From Eledone cirrhosa (taxonomy: Eukaryota), in the NCBI GenBank assembly GCA_964016885.1, contig OZ024743.1, positions 195,176,001 to 195,240,000 on the forward strand: DNA of 64,000 bases, read 5' to 3'. Within the stretch, counting starts at the first letter, position 1. Every line of letters starts with the position of its first letter. A program made the position numbers and the translations under genes. Positions 12,901-23,922 of this stretch are shown piece by piece. The notes under the pieces are model-generated. The model saw only the letters and a list, made by a program, of their open reading frames with translations. It was not told where the DNA came from and did not search any database.

Positions 12901-15416
12901 GAGCGTAGACTGCCACCAGTCTAAAGGCACCACGTTATTGTTAACGTCCAGGACCACCGACTTCCCGTCCCGGTCCCGGAAGATTGACCTTACCTCGAGA
13001 TCCAGGCCTTTCCTAAACAACACTGCATCCCCACTTCCCATTCCCGGCTGACTAACAGATGCTAAGATATGATAGTCGTCGAAAATGGGGGCTAGTGCGC
13101 AAGTGTCGGAAATCCTGGTCTCGCTGACGGCAATTACATCCATTTCTAGAGACCTGAGATCGTTGAGCAGGTGGCCCTGCTACCAGGACGATCCCAGGCC
13201 TCGAACATTTAAACTTCCTACTCTTAATACGGCCATGTTGGCAGGTTAAAAGAGAGAGAGGAGAGGTTTACTTACCTTCCGGGCTCTTGTGAAGGTCGGG
13301 TGGTTCAACCTCCATAGTTGGTGGGGTTTCTTTTGGGAACCCCTTTAAAAGTCTTGAAGTGGGTTTTACGTTCGGGATTCCCACGTCCCGAGGAAAGCTG
13401 TCTCGTATCTCTTTGTATAAATCGAGCGACATTCGCACCAGAAACAAATCTTCCGGCACGCGAAATGTGCTCGATTAAAAATCTCCTCTTCTTTTTGTAT
13501 ATTTTCACTTCGTGCTGCGAGGGCCATCAGTTCCTTGTTGGCCCTCCTGACGAGCACGAAGTTTTGTATGTTTTGTTGGTGTGATTTTATTTGTTTGTGA
13601 TGGCTTTGGTAGTGTTGTTTCGGTTGTATCTGTATTTGTTGTGAGTGCGGTGTCTGTGGTTTCAGATGTTTGTGCGTGTATTTGTTCTTGCGTCTGTTTA
13701 GGTTGTTTGCGTTGAGGGATTCTGGTGATGGTGATGGTGGTGTTGATGTTGGTGTTATTGGAGAGATGTTTGCGTGGGTGCATTTTTATTGTGGGTGATT
13801 TTGTGCTTTGTTGATTTTTTTTTCTTTTTCTGTTTCCTTTTTTGTATTTTGGGGGATTTTAGTTTTCCCTCATCTTCACTACTGGTAGATGAGGGGTCTG
13901 TGTCTGTAAGTGTGTCTGTGTGTATGTTTATGTTTTTATTGATGTGTGTATTTGGGGGGGGGGATTTGACAACTTTCCTCGTTTCCCCCCTGGGTGGTTA
14001 ATGTTGGCGGTGGTCTTTCTATTGGTGTGGTTGTTGGTGGTTTTGCCGGTGCTGGTGTTAGTTGTGGTCCTCGCCCCGGCGTCGGCAGCAGTCGGTCCTT
14101 TCGACCCCTTGCATCTTTCAGCAGTTGAGGGCAGAAGGCGCGCAAATGGGCTTTTTACCCACAAACAAAACAATGCGGTCTTTTGCCCTCAGTCATAATA
14201 TGAAACCGTCTCATTCTGAAGGCGGATGTGGTCCGGGATTGTCTTCACATTCTCGGGGCTGATCTGGAAAATGTATCTCCAGGTCAACACCAGACCAGTC
14301 CTCTCTGGCTGTTCTTGTCACTTCTATCGGGATGGTATCCGTCCCCTCCACAATCACACATCCCAGAAGCCACCACATGTCAAGTCCTGGTGGGATTCTG
14401 GGAATGCGGAGACGGGCCGTTCTTTTCCCATGTGGGAGGGGTACATTATGACCTTGCTGGTTATGCAAGGAGTAATAAAGTGTTTCATAGCAAGGGCTTC
14501 TGAGTTGAACATCACCGAAATGGTGCCGTACTGTCTGCCCCTCGCTATATATTCGGTGTCATCTCTGATGCACCTCAGCGCGACTTCGACATCTGCTTGT
14601 GGAATTAAATCTGCTCTTTTGGTTTTTGCTGAGATGCATCTATAATGCACCGATCTGCGCTCCACTGCCTCAATACCTTCTAACGGGACAGTAAAGCTGG
14701 CCGAGGTTTGCTCTTGCTTGATCAGCTTCCAGGCCTGGGCCAACTTTTCATCTTTGTTTGTGAGGTCCATGTTGAAGCATGGCCTCTTTTTTGCTGCTGC
14801 CGCAGCGAAAGTGTTCTTTTTTTCGTTAGGGGTGTTGTTGTTGTCGTTGTTCTTGTTGGTGTTGTTGTTACCACTGTCGCTGTTATCATTGTTTTCTTTG
14901 GTGCCGGCGTTGTTCTCGGTGCCGTTAGTATTGTTGCTGTTGGTGTTGTCGCCATTTGTTTTCATGTTAGTGGTGTAGATATTGTTGTTGCATTTGTCAT
15001 TTTTTCTGTTATCTGTATTTTTGTTGTCGCTGTTACTGTCATTTTTTTCAAAATTAGAGTTCTCAGTGTTGTTATCATTGCTGTCTTTGTTCACATTGTT
15101 TGTGGTGGTGTTTATTGTATCAATTTCTGTTAATTCGCCGTAGCGCTCCTCTCAACTTCCACGTCATTGTCGCACGACAGCAGACATGTTGCTGGAGGCG
15201 TGGCTCAGCCATGTTTAATTTTTTTTTCGATAATTTTTTTAAAATGTAAGAGTTTTAATATTTGGGCCAATAGGCCCAAATATTATTCTTTCCCCTTCAC
15301 AGGGCAAAGCCCAAGGGCTTGTATGCGTTACGCAACAACAAAAATTCAATAAATAAGTTTTGACAGGTAAATAAGTAAACTTACGAGAGCGAGAAAAAAG
15401 ACGTCAGTTCAGACTC
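9955..15416 (-). mobile_element. Tx1 family B, full-ended, degenerate, internal RT deletion (E2)
   Basis: ORF1 ~15212-13268 (Asn-rich N-terminus, ARGRQYGTISVMF). ORF2 13236-10207. About 370 bp of RT are missing at ~11718 relative to E8. (AAT)n on both sides. Confidence 0.85.
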
Positions 15417-15436
15417 AATAATAATAATAATAATAA

Positions 15437-18400
15437 CGTTTTCTTTATTAACCGCAAGGGTTTACATAAAGTAGACATTAAGGACAGTGCAGGACAATAC
15501 AGGACGGTACAAATGGGCATTTCTGCGTGTAAAAAAAAACACAGGATGTAATAAAATAACAAAGAAAAATTCACCAATAGGGGGTAGACTTCCGAGGGAC
15601 ATTTGTGGAGAAAGCCCATTAAAAGACTACAGTGACCCTGACCACCAGGGCAAGTGCCCTCTCGCAGTTTTCCACCTTTAATTTACAGACACATACTCAG
15701 AGTAGGCCCATTCATTCGGGCCATACTTGCTTCTCTCACCCATCTTTCAACAAAATGCTGGGAAGAGAGCACTTCCCTCTCTACCCTGATTTTCCTTTTC
15801 AAATGAAATTTGAAAAACTTAATCAGGGCATCAGCGAACAGGTAAGTGCTCGTCTTCATCCCTTTCAAACGTGTCCACCATACTATCTCTTTCGACATAA
15901 ACCCACAAGTCAGCAATGCTCGGACATTGGACGAGTGCGTGCAGGACGGTTTCGTCGCCCTGCGCGCATCTGGGACATGCCCGGCTGACGGCACCTCCAT
16001 GCCTGTAGAGTTTATCCCGAACTGGCAAAGCTCCTCGGTAGCACTGCCATAGGCCCCGACCCGAAAGTCCTTCCGAAGAGATTGGCTAGTTGATTTTCGT
16101 CGACGCCTAGAGTTTCTCCAAGTATGTTGTCGCTCTTCCCCTCCACTAATCATCTATAGAACGCCAAGGTGGAGTTTCCACCGATCACATTGCCCGATTG
16201 GTCGAGGGCTGTGAGTGCCTGAAGACATTCCAGTCTCCAAGCGCTCCCTCTCGGTCTTCGCTTGACCCAGGACTGCAGCTCCGTCAAGGAGACGAGCTGG
16301 GGAAAAACGTGTCTATCAAACGGCGACCACACCTGATCACCGTCGAGGAAGAGGTGGCGCTGTCGTAGCCTGAGCATCATCAGCCACGACATGCCCAGCC
16401 TTCCACGTAGCGGGTGTTGACAGCAGATGGACCGGCTGACCATCGGAGCGCGTCCCTTCCACAAAAAGCGAAAGAGCAAACGCTCCAGCGCAGGCAGGCG
16501 GGGCTTAGGACAAGGTACGACGGTCAGGCGGTAGTAGATGAAGGACGCGATATACGCGTTAGCCACCTCGGCTCGACCTTTCAGGGATAGCTTCCTCTCC
16601 GCCCATTTCTGGGTGAGAAAAGCCACCTTGCTCGTCACCTCGTCCCAGTTTTTGTCCGTCTAGAGGTCCGGACCTAACCAGACCCCAAGCAATTTAACCG
16701 GTCCGTCTTCCAGCGCCCGACGACGCTGTTGGACGGCATGGACATGCCTCTCCATGTGCCGAACTGCAGGCCCACTGATTTTCCTGGTTCATCATTGCTC
16801 CTGTCACCGCTTCGCATATGCTGACACGGATCTTCCGCATCCTAGTTCGCACGGGGCGCCCCCTCAACGTCTCCAATTTGTGCAGTAATGGCTCGAGAGT
16901 AAACACGTACAAGAGGGACGAGAGGGGACATCCTTGGCGGACCGAGCGCATGAAGTTTAACGGTTCTGAAAGGTGACCGTTCACTCTCACCACAGAGCAG
17001 ATGTCGCTGTGCATGTCAGCGATCCAGCCTCTGAAGACGGGCCCAAAGCCAGCCGCCCTCAAGACTGCCGCTAGGTAACGATGGTCGACCCTATCGAAAG
17101 CTTTCGACTGATCTAATTTGATCAAGGACACACCCGTGCCAGGTTCCCTAGCTACGCTCTCTACGATGTATCGCATGAGATGGAGGTTGTCGTGAATGGA
17201 TCTGTTGCCAGTTGGAATAGACGCCCGCCAAGTGGCCAGCGAACATGTCTGGCTTCTGTACGTAAAGTTCATAGGGCAGACCATCCAAACCAAGCGATTT
17301 ACCCCTTGTGCAGCCAGTCATAGCCTCCCGTCCTTCAGCGGATGTTATCGGCTTTTCGCAACACACCGCCTCAGTGGCTGAGAGCCGTGGCAGTCCGTCG
17401 AGGTAGACACTAAAATCCATCCCTCGATCCGGCCCACCGCTGCCCACGAACAGCTGGGCGAAGTGTCGCTGAAAAGCTTTACACATTTGCCCGGGATCGA
17501 GTAGCATGCGACCGTCGTGGTCCACTAAAGACCGGATCGTGGCTTTCTTGCCACGACGCGCCTCCGCCACTCGGGCCCATCGAACGGCTTTCGTCCCCTC
17601 GTGTCTGAGAGCACGCACACTAGCTCTGACAACGCAGCCTTCGTGCTTTGCATTAAAGAATTGGTCAAGGCCCAATTTCGCCGCAAGTACGTCGGTCGCG
17701 ATGCCTTTGCTAAGCACCTCGTCTAATTTTCTAACTAATTCTCCCTCTGTTCTATTTTTCTCTATTTCTAAAGCCTTACTAAACCTAATGGACTCTATTC
17801 TAATTGCTCTTTTCAGAGCAAACAACCACTTGTTGTTGACACTGGCCCCCGTCAACGCCCGCTTAACTAGTTCACTAATCCGGTCTCTGTAGGCCTTGCG
17901 CGCTGATAAGGACGCGTTTATCTTCCAGTAGCCCTATCCTCGTCTATGAAACCTTTCTAAGTCAAGCACACAGATCACGAATTTGTGGTCCGTGTAGCTG
18001 ACTATCATGAATTGTTGACAGCCTATGCTAGACCTATCTATTTCCCTACAAAATACTCTATCTAGATATGATTTGGATGCCTCTATGCGATTTGTCCAAG
18101 TCCAAATTGGCAAATTCGGGAAATCCAATCGGTATCTGTCAGACAGTTCAAAACGCCTGAGCAGGTTGCACCCTTCTCCCCTATCCGATCATTCCACACA
18201 GTCCCAGCGTGCATCTAAGATCCCGTTTCAGTCGCCCACTAACACTAAAGAGCGGGACGTTCTAGGAAAGGTCTCCAGACGCCGGAAGAAACCAGGCAGC
18301 CCTGCTCCTGTCGCGGCATAGACGGCTACTAGCCTGAATGATTGACCGTCTCCGCTGGTCAGGTCCAGCACCACCAACTTACCTTCTAGGTCCAGGAAGA

Positions 18401-20535
18401 TGGCCCGTATCGCGAGATCCAAACCTCTCCGAAAAAGCACAGCAACTCCTCCCCCCGATCCGGACGGCTGGGAGATGCGTACAAATCGTAGCCGCCGAAG
18501 ATCGGTGCGAGGCCCGTGCTTCGGAGATTCTGGTCTCGCTGATAGCTACAACATCTATGTTTAGTGACCTGAGGTCGTTGTGCAGGTGGCCCTGCTTCCA
18601 TGACGACCCCAAGCCACGCGCATTTATGCTGCCTATTCTGAGTGATGTCATGTTGAAATGGAGTGGAAAAGATGGGAAAGACCACTTACCCTACTTCTCG
18701 TAGAGGAAGGATGGTTTCTCCATTCTTTTCACTGCTTGTGGCCTCCTCCGGAGGGATAATGATGGTGATGGTGTTGGTGTTTGTGGTGATGGCGTTGGTG
18801 TTTGTGGTGATGGGGTTGGTGATGCTGGTGTGGAAGGTGGCATATCTGTCCTAACTTTTTTGTTTGATAGTTTATTTGTTTCCCTCTGTATTTTGTTTTT
18901 TTTGGGGGGGAGGGAAGAGAATTTTTTGCTTTGTTGGTTTCTTTTTCTTTTTTTCTTTTTTCCTGATACCGTTTCCCACTCCTCGTCGTCACAATCTATT
19001 TCCAGTTGCGATAGGCCGGGAATGGAACATCCTCCAAAGGCGTTGGTTTTAGTTGTTGCGTGGTGGATGATGTAGGCGCTCGTGGTAGTTCTGGCGCATT
19101 GGGTGATGGTGGTGTTGGTTTTGCTACTGTTGCTGCGGTTGTTGCTGTTACAGTTGCTTCTGTTGTTGCTGCTACAGTTGTTGCTGCCATCTCTGCTGCT
19201 GGTGGTGTTGATGGTTGAGTCACTGGGGTGGGTAAGAGAGGTGGCCTCAACCTTTTAGCCTGAGGGCAGAAAACCCTTAGGTGGGTTCCTTCACCAGAAA
19301 CGACACACCTAGGCCTTCTGCCCTCGACGATTACGGTGAGGTGGCTGCCGTCAGTGAGGTCTATTACCTCTGGGATCTCCTTAATGCTTTTATGGTCCGC
19401 TTGGATCAGGAGCTCCATCTCAGATCAGTACCAGTTCTCCTGCTTTTCTATCGCTATTTCGATTATCTTGGTGTTGGCCTCGATGCCGGCGAGGACGGCC
19501 GCTATTAGCCAAGGAATTTCGATGACCGGTGGAACGTGGGTCACCCTGATCTTCACGAGTCTCTGGCCACAATAGCTTGGGACGAGTGTGAAGTCGTCAC
19601 TTCTTAATGGGGCCATGGAGTATTCTCTGGCCTCCTGCGGTGTTTCAAAGAACACATCAACGGTCGCATATTTCTGCCCACGTCTGATGTGGGGTTTTTT
19701 TGCCCATACATGTCCCAAAGCTTTTTGGATTTGGCACTCGTATGCCCGTTCAACTTGATGCGATTTTATGTTTATCGTCCGATAAGACACTGTACATAGG
19801 CGCCGATGCTCCATTTTATTAGGTGGGAGGGGGAGGGAGGCTGACCCTGTACCCATCTTTCTTTACCATTTCTTTGGCTTCTTCTAATTCCTCCTGAGTT
19901 ACATGTAATGCTTCGCACTGTTTTGCTACTCTGGCAAAACTCAGGGTGGTTTTCTTAATTTAATTGTTGCTGTTATCGTTATTTTTGGTATTGTTAATTT
20001 TAGTTTCAGTTGTGGTGGTGGTGGCGTCGGTGGTGTTCGGTGTGGAAGAGTTCATTTTGGTTGAATTCATTTCGATATCAAGAGTTAATTTTTTTTTCTT
20101 TTGTTTCTGTTTTCGCTGTGGTGGTGGTGGTGGGGGTGGGGGTGGCGGCTTTAACACCTGCAGTCATTGGTAATGGCGGGATATGAATGTCTGCCTGAGA
20201 CAAATTTAAAATATTGCTACTGCTTATATTTTTAGTGTTGGCAAACGTAGTAATATTTACAATGGTGGTGTCGGTGTGAGGTGTTAGTTTGTGAGGAAGG
20301 TGTGACCCTGAGTCGGCCATGATTTTTCAAAGATTTTTTTTTTGTTTGATAATATAAAAAGTTTAAATTTTGGGCTCAAGGCTTCAATCTTTTTGAGTGT
20401 CCTTTTCAGAAATCAATGTATGTGCACTCATATCCAATTAACAATAAAAATTTACCATAAATGGCAACTTTAAACAACTGAAAATAACAAACATTTGCGC
20501 AGCTCACGATGATACGATTTACTACGTAAGACGCC
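15437..20535 (-). mobile_element. Tx1 family A (A2 subfamily), full-ended with multiple internal deletions (E3)
   Basis: Colinear with E1. ORF1 20320-18686 and ORF2 18651-15683. At least seven deletions. (AAT)n on both sides. Confidence 0.9.
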
Positions 20536-20709
20536 AATAATAATAATATTAATAATAATAATACAATCGTCCTTGTATTATTATATTTACACCAGCTTAA
20601 CTCTACACCTCGCTACAGACGAGAACATTAACATCGAGTGCTCACCTGGGTGAACCTACAGTAACTTCACGTTACACACCCTGGATATACATATATATGA
20701 GTGTATGTT

Positions 20710-20712
<3 letters not shown>

Positions 20713-20791
<79 letters not shown>
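20713..20791. repeat. (GT)n microsatellite in the central spacer
   Basis: Direct inspection. Confidence 0.95.
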
Positions 20792-20794
<3 letters not shown>

Positions 20795-21618
20795 TGGTGT
20801 GTGAGCTTGCGTGTGTGTGTGCATGTAATATCTCTAGGTAAGTGGGCATATTCCATATATACATATGTGTGTGCACATATGTAAGTGTCGGAATATTTCC
20901 GTTTCTATGTCAAGATCTATCTCTGAGGACACATTTCAAGTATCTTAAAAACGTGATTCTATTAGCACAAAACGACTTTCATGAGGAGTTGCTAATAAAA
21001 TATTTCCAAATCATTAAAATTAATTACACTATTTTCATCATGAATTTCAGTAAATATCTATAAAACATACAATAATTGAGTAGAGAACGTACTAGTTATC
21101 TTTCCAAATCCCACTACACTTGATCGATACGAGTGCATGAAAGACGTGTAAACACTATAGTAATCTAATATATTATATGACTCAATGGTGAAGTATATAA
21201 GATGTTGAAACGATATCTGTATGTTACCCTACATTCGACTTGTTTCCTTTAAACTGTATGCTGTATGATAGTGTTCCACAATTATAATATCGACACATTT
21301 TGTTTTACATTTTCTGATATATGTCATATTTATTGATTTGTAAGAGGAAATGTTATTTAAAAATAATATATTTGAAAGATATTTGCGAAAGATAATAGCG
21401 AAAAATATTAAGTTTTAATTAATTTCAATATCAAATTCAGTAATGTCTAAATCTATTTATATACAAGTTAGTTATTCACACATAGGTTTAGTAATTTCTT
21501 TATTTATTTCTATAATCCTCCATTCATATCCAACCGTATTAAACAAAGAACCATGTCCCAACATACAGATTGGCGCTTGAGGCTTTCATGTCGTTCTTTA
21601 TGGCATAAATATCAACAA

Positions 21619-21642
21619 TTCTTCTTCTTCTTCTTCTTCTTC

Positions 21643-21695
<53 letters not shown>
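21619..21695. repeat. Compound (TTC)n(TTA)n tract at the start of the right arm
   Basis: Direct inspection. Confidence 0.95.
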
Positions 21696-21904
21696 GGCGA
21701 CCTACTTAGTAAATCGTATCATCGTGAGCTCCGCAAAGGTTTGTTATTTCCGTTTGTTAAAAATTGCCATTTATGGAAAATTTTTATTGTTAAATATATA
21801 TAAGCGCACATACATTGTTTTCCGAAAAGACACCCAAAAAGATTGGAGCCTTGTGCCCAAAATTTAAACTTTTATGATTATCAAAAAATTTCTTTGAAAA
21901 AAAA

Positions 21905-23886
21905 ATGGCTAATTCACCACTGCACCAGGCAGCTGAAAGCCTTTCTCACAAATTAACACCTCACACCGACACCAACATTGTAAATGATTATACGTCTTCC
22001 AACACAAACAATTTAAGCACTAGCAATATTTTAAATTTGTCTCAGGCAGACATTCATTTCCCGCCATTACCAATGACTGCAGGTGTTAAAGCCGCCACCA
22101 CCACCACCACCACCACCACCGCGACAACCCCCACCACCACCACAACCGCGACAACAGAAACAAAAGGAAAAAATAAATCAACTCGTGATGTCGAAATATT
22201 TTCAACCAAAATGGACTCTTCCAAACCGAACTTCACTGTCGTCACCACCACCACAACTGAAACTAAAATTAATAATAACAAAAATAACGATAGCAACAAC
22301 AACAACAATGAAATTAAAAAAACCACCCTGAGTTTTGCCAGAGTAGCAAAACAGTTCGAAGCATTTACGGTAACTCAGGATGATTTAGAAAATGCCAAAC
22401 AAATGGTAAAGAAAGATAGGTACAGGGTCACCCCCCCCCCAAACCTAATAAAATGGAGCATCGGCGCCTATGCACCGTGTCGTATCGAACAATAAATGTA
22501 AAATCGCGCCGAGAGGAACGGGCATCCCTGTCCCAAATCCAAAAAGCTTTGGGACATGTGTGGGCAAGAAAAACCCACATCAGACGTGGGCAGAAGTATG
22601 GAACCGTGGACGTTTTCTTTGAAACACCGGAGGAGGCTAGAGAACACTCCATGGCCCCATTAAGAAGTGACGACTTCACACTCGTCCCAAGCTATTGTGG
22701 CCAGAGACTCTAAAGATCAGGGTGACCCACACTCCACCGGCCATCGAAATTCCCTGGCTAATAGCGGCCGTCCTCGTCGACATCGAAGCCAACACAAAGA
22801 TAATACCAATTGCAAAAGAAAAGCAGGAGAACTGGTCCGGATCTGGGATGGAGCTCCTGATCCAAGCGGACCAAAAAAGCATTGAGGAGATCCCAGAGGT
22901 AATAGACCTCACTGACGGCAGCCACCTCACCGTAATTGTCGAGGGCAGAAGGCCTAGGTGTGTCGTTTGTGGTGAAGGAACCCACCTAAGGGCTTTCTGC
23001 CCTCAGGCTAAAAGGTTGACGCCACCTCTCCTACCCACCCCAGTGACACAGCCATCAACACCACCAGTAGCAGAGATGGCAGCAACAACTGTAGCAGCAA
23101 CAACAGAAGCAACTATAACAGCAACAACCCCAGCAACAGTAGCAAAACCAACACCACCACCACCAGCAAAACCAACACCACCATCACCCAATGCTTCAGA
23201 ACTAGCACCAGCACCTACACCATCCACCACGCCACAACCAAAACTAACGCCTGTGGAGGATTTTCCACTCCCCGGCCTATCACAACTGGAGACAGATTGT
23301 GACGACGAGGAGTGGGAAACGGTATCAGGAAAATAAAAAAGAAACCAAAAAAGAAAAAATTCTCTTCCTTCCCCCAATACAGAGGGAAACAAATAAATAA
23401 ACAAACAAAAAAGTTAGGACAGATATGCCACCATCCACACCAGCATCACCAACCACATCAACCCAAACACCAACACAATCACCATCATTAACCCCAACAC
23501 CACCATCACCTACACCACAAAAGTCACCAAAATGCGAAACAGAAACAAACCCACAACAAACGCAAACAAAACAAAACAACCAAAACGATACACACTACAC
23601 ACCATTAAATTTGAACAACAAGCAATTATTACACTACATCCAACGCAACACCAGCATCACAGAAAAAGACTACACAACAACCCAAAAATTCACACCACCT
23701 CCACACATACAAATCACTCGCATCACACAGAAAACGTACATGACACTAAAACAAAAATTCCCCAAAGACATCGGAGACTTCCGACAAGCACTCTCCAGGA
23801 GGATTTATAAGGACATCCTTCCTGAGGAGGCCACAAGCAGTGAAAAGGATGGAAAAACCGTCCTTCCCCTACGAGAAGTAAGGTAA
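21905..23886 (+). pseudogene. E4 ORF1, frameshifted
   Basis: Pieces 21905-22495, 22453-22713, 22695-23336 and 23425-23886. Zinc knuckle CVVCGEGTHLRAFC. Confidence 0.85.
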
Positions 23887-23922
23887 GTGGTATTTCCCAT
23901 CTTTTCCACTCCTTTCAACATG
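23881..23922 (+). promoter_or_regulatory. Inter-ORF signal: AG|GTAAGT splice-donor-like motif, pyrimidine tract and CAAC-ATG
   Basis: The motif is present at the same position in 7 of 8 Tx1 copies from three families. Function is inferred. Confidence 0.55.

Noticed and set aside
21845-21910. GCCCAA(A/T)ATT motif and A-rich ATGGCT context upstream of ORF1 in families A, B and C-like
   Set aside because: Suggestive of an internal promoter element, but too short to support from three families by eye.
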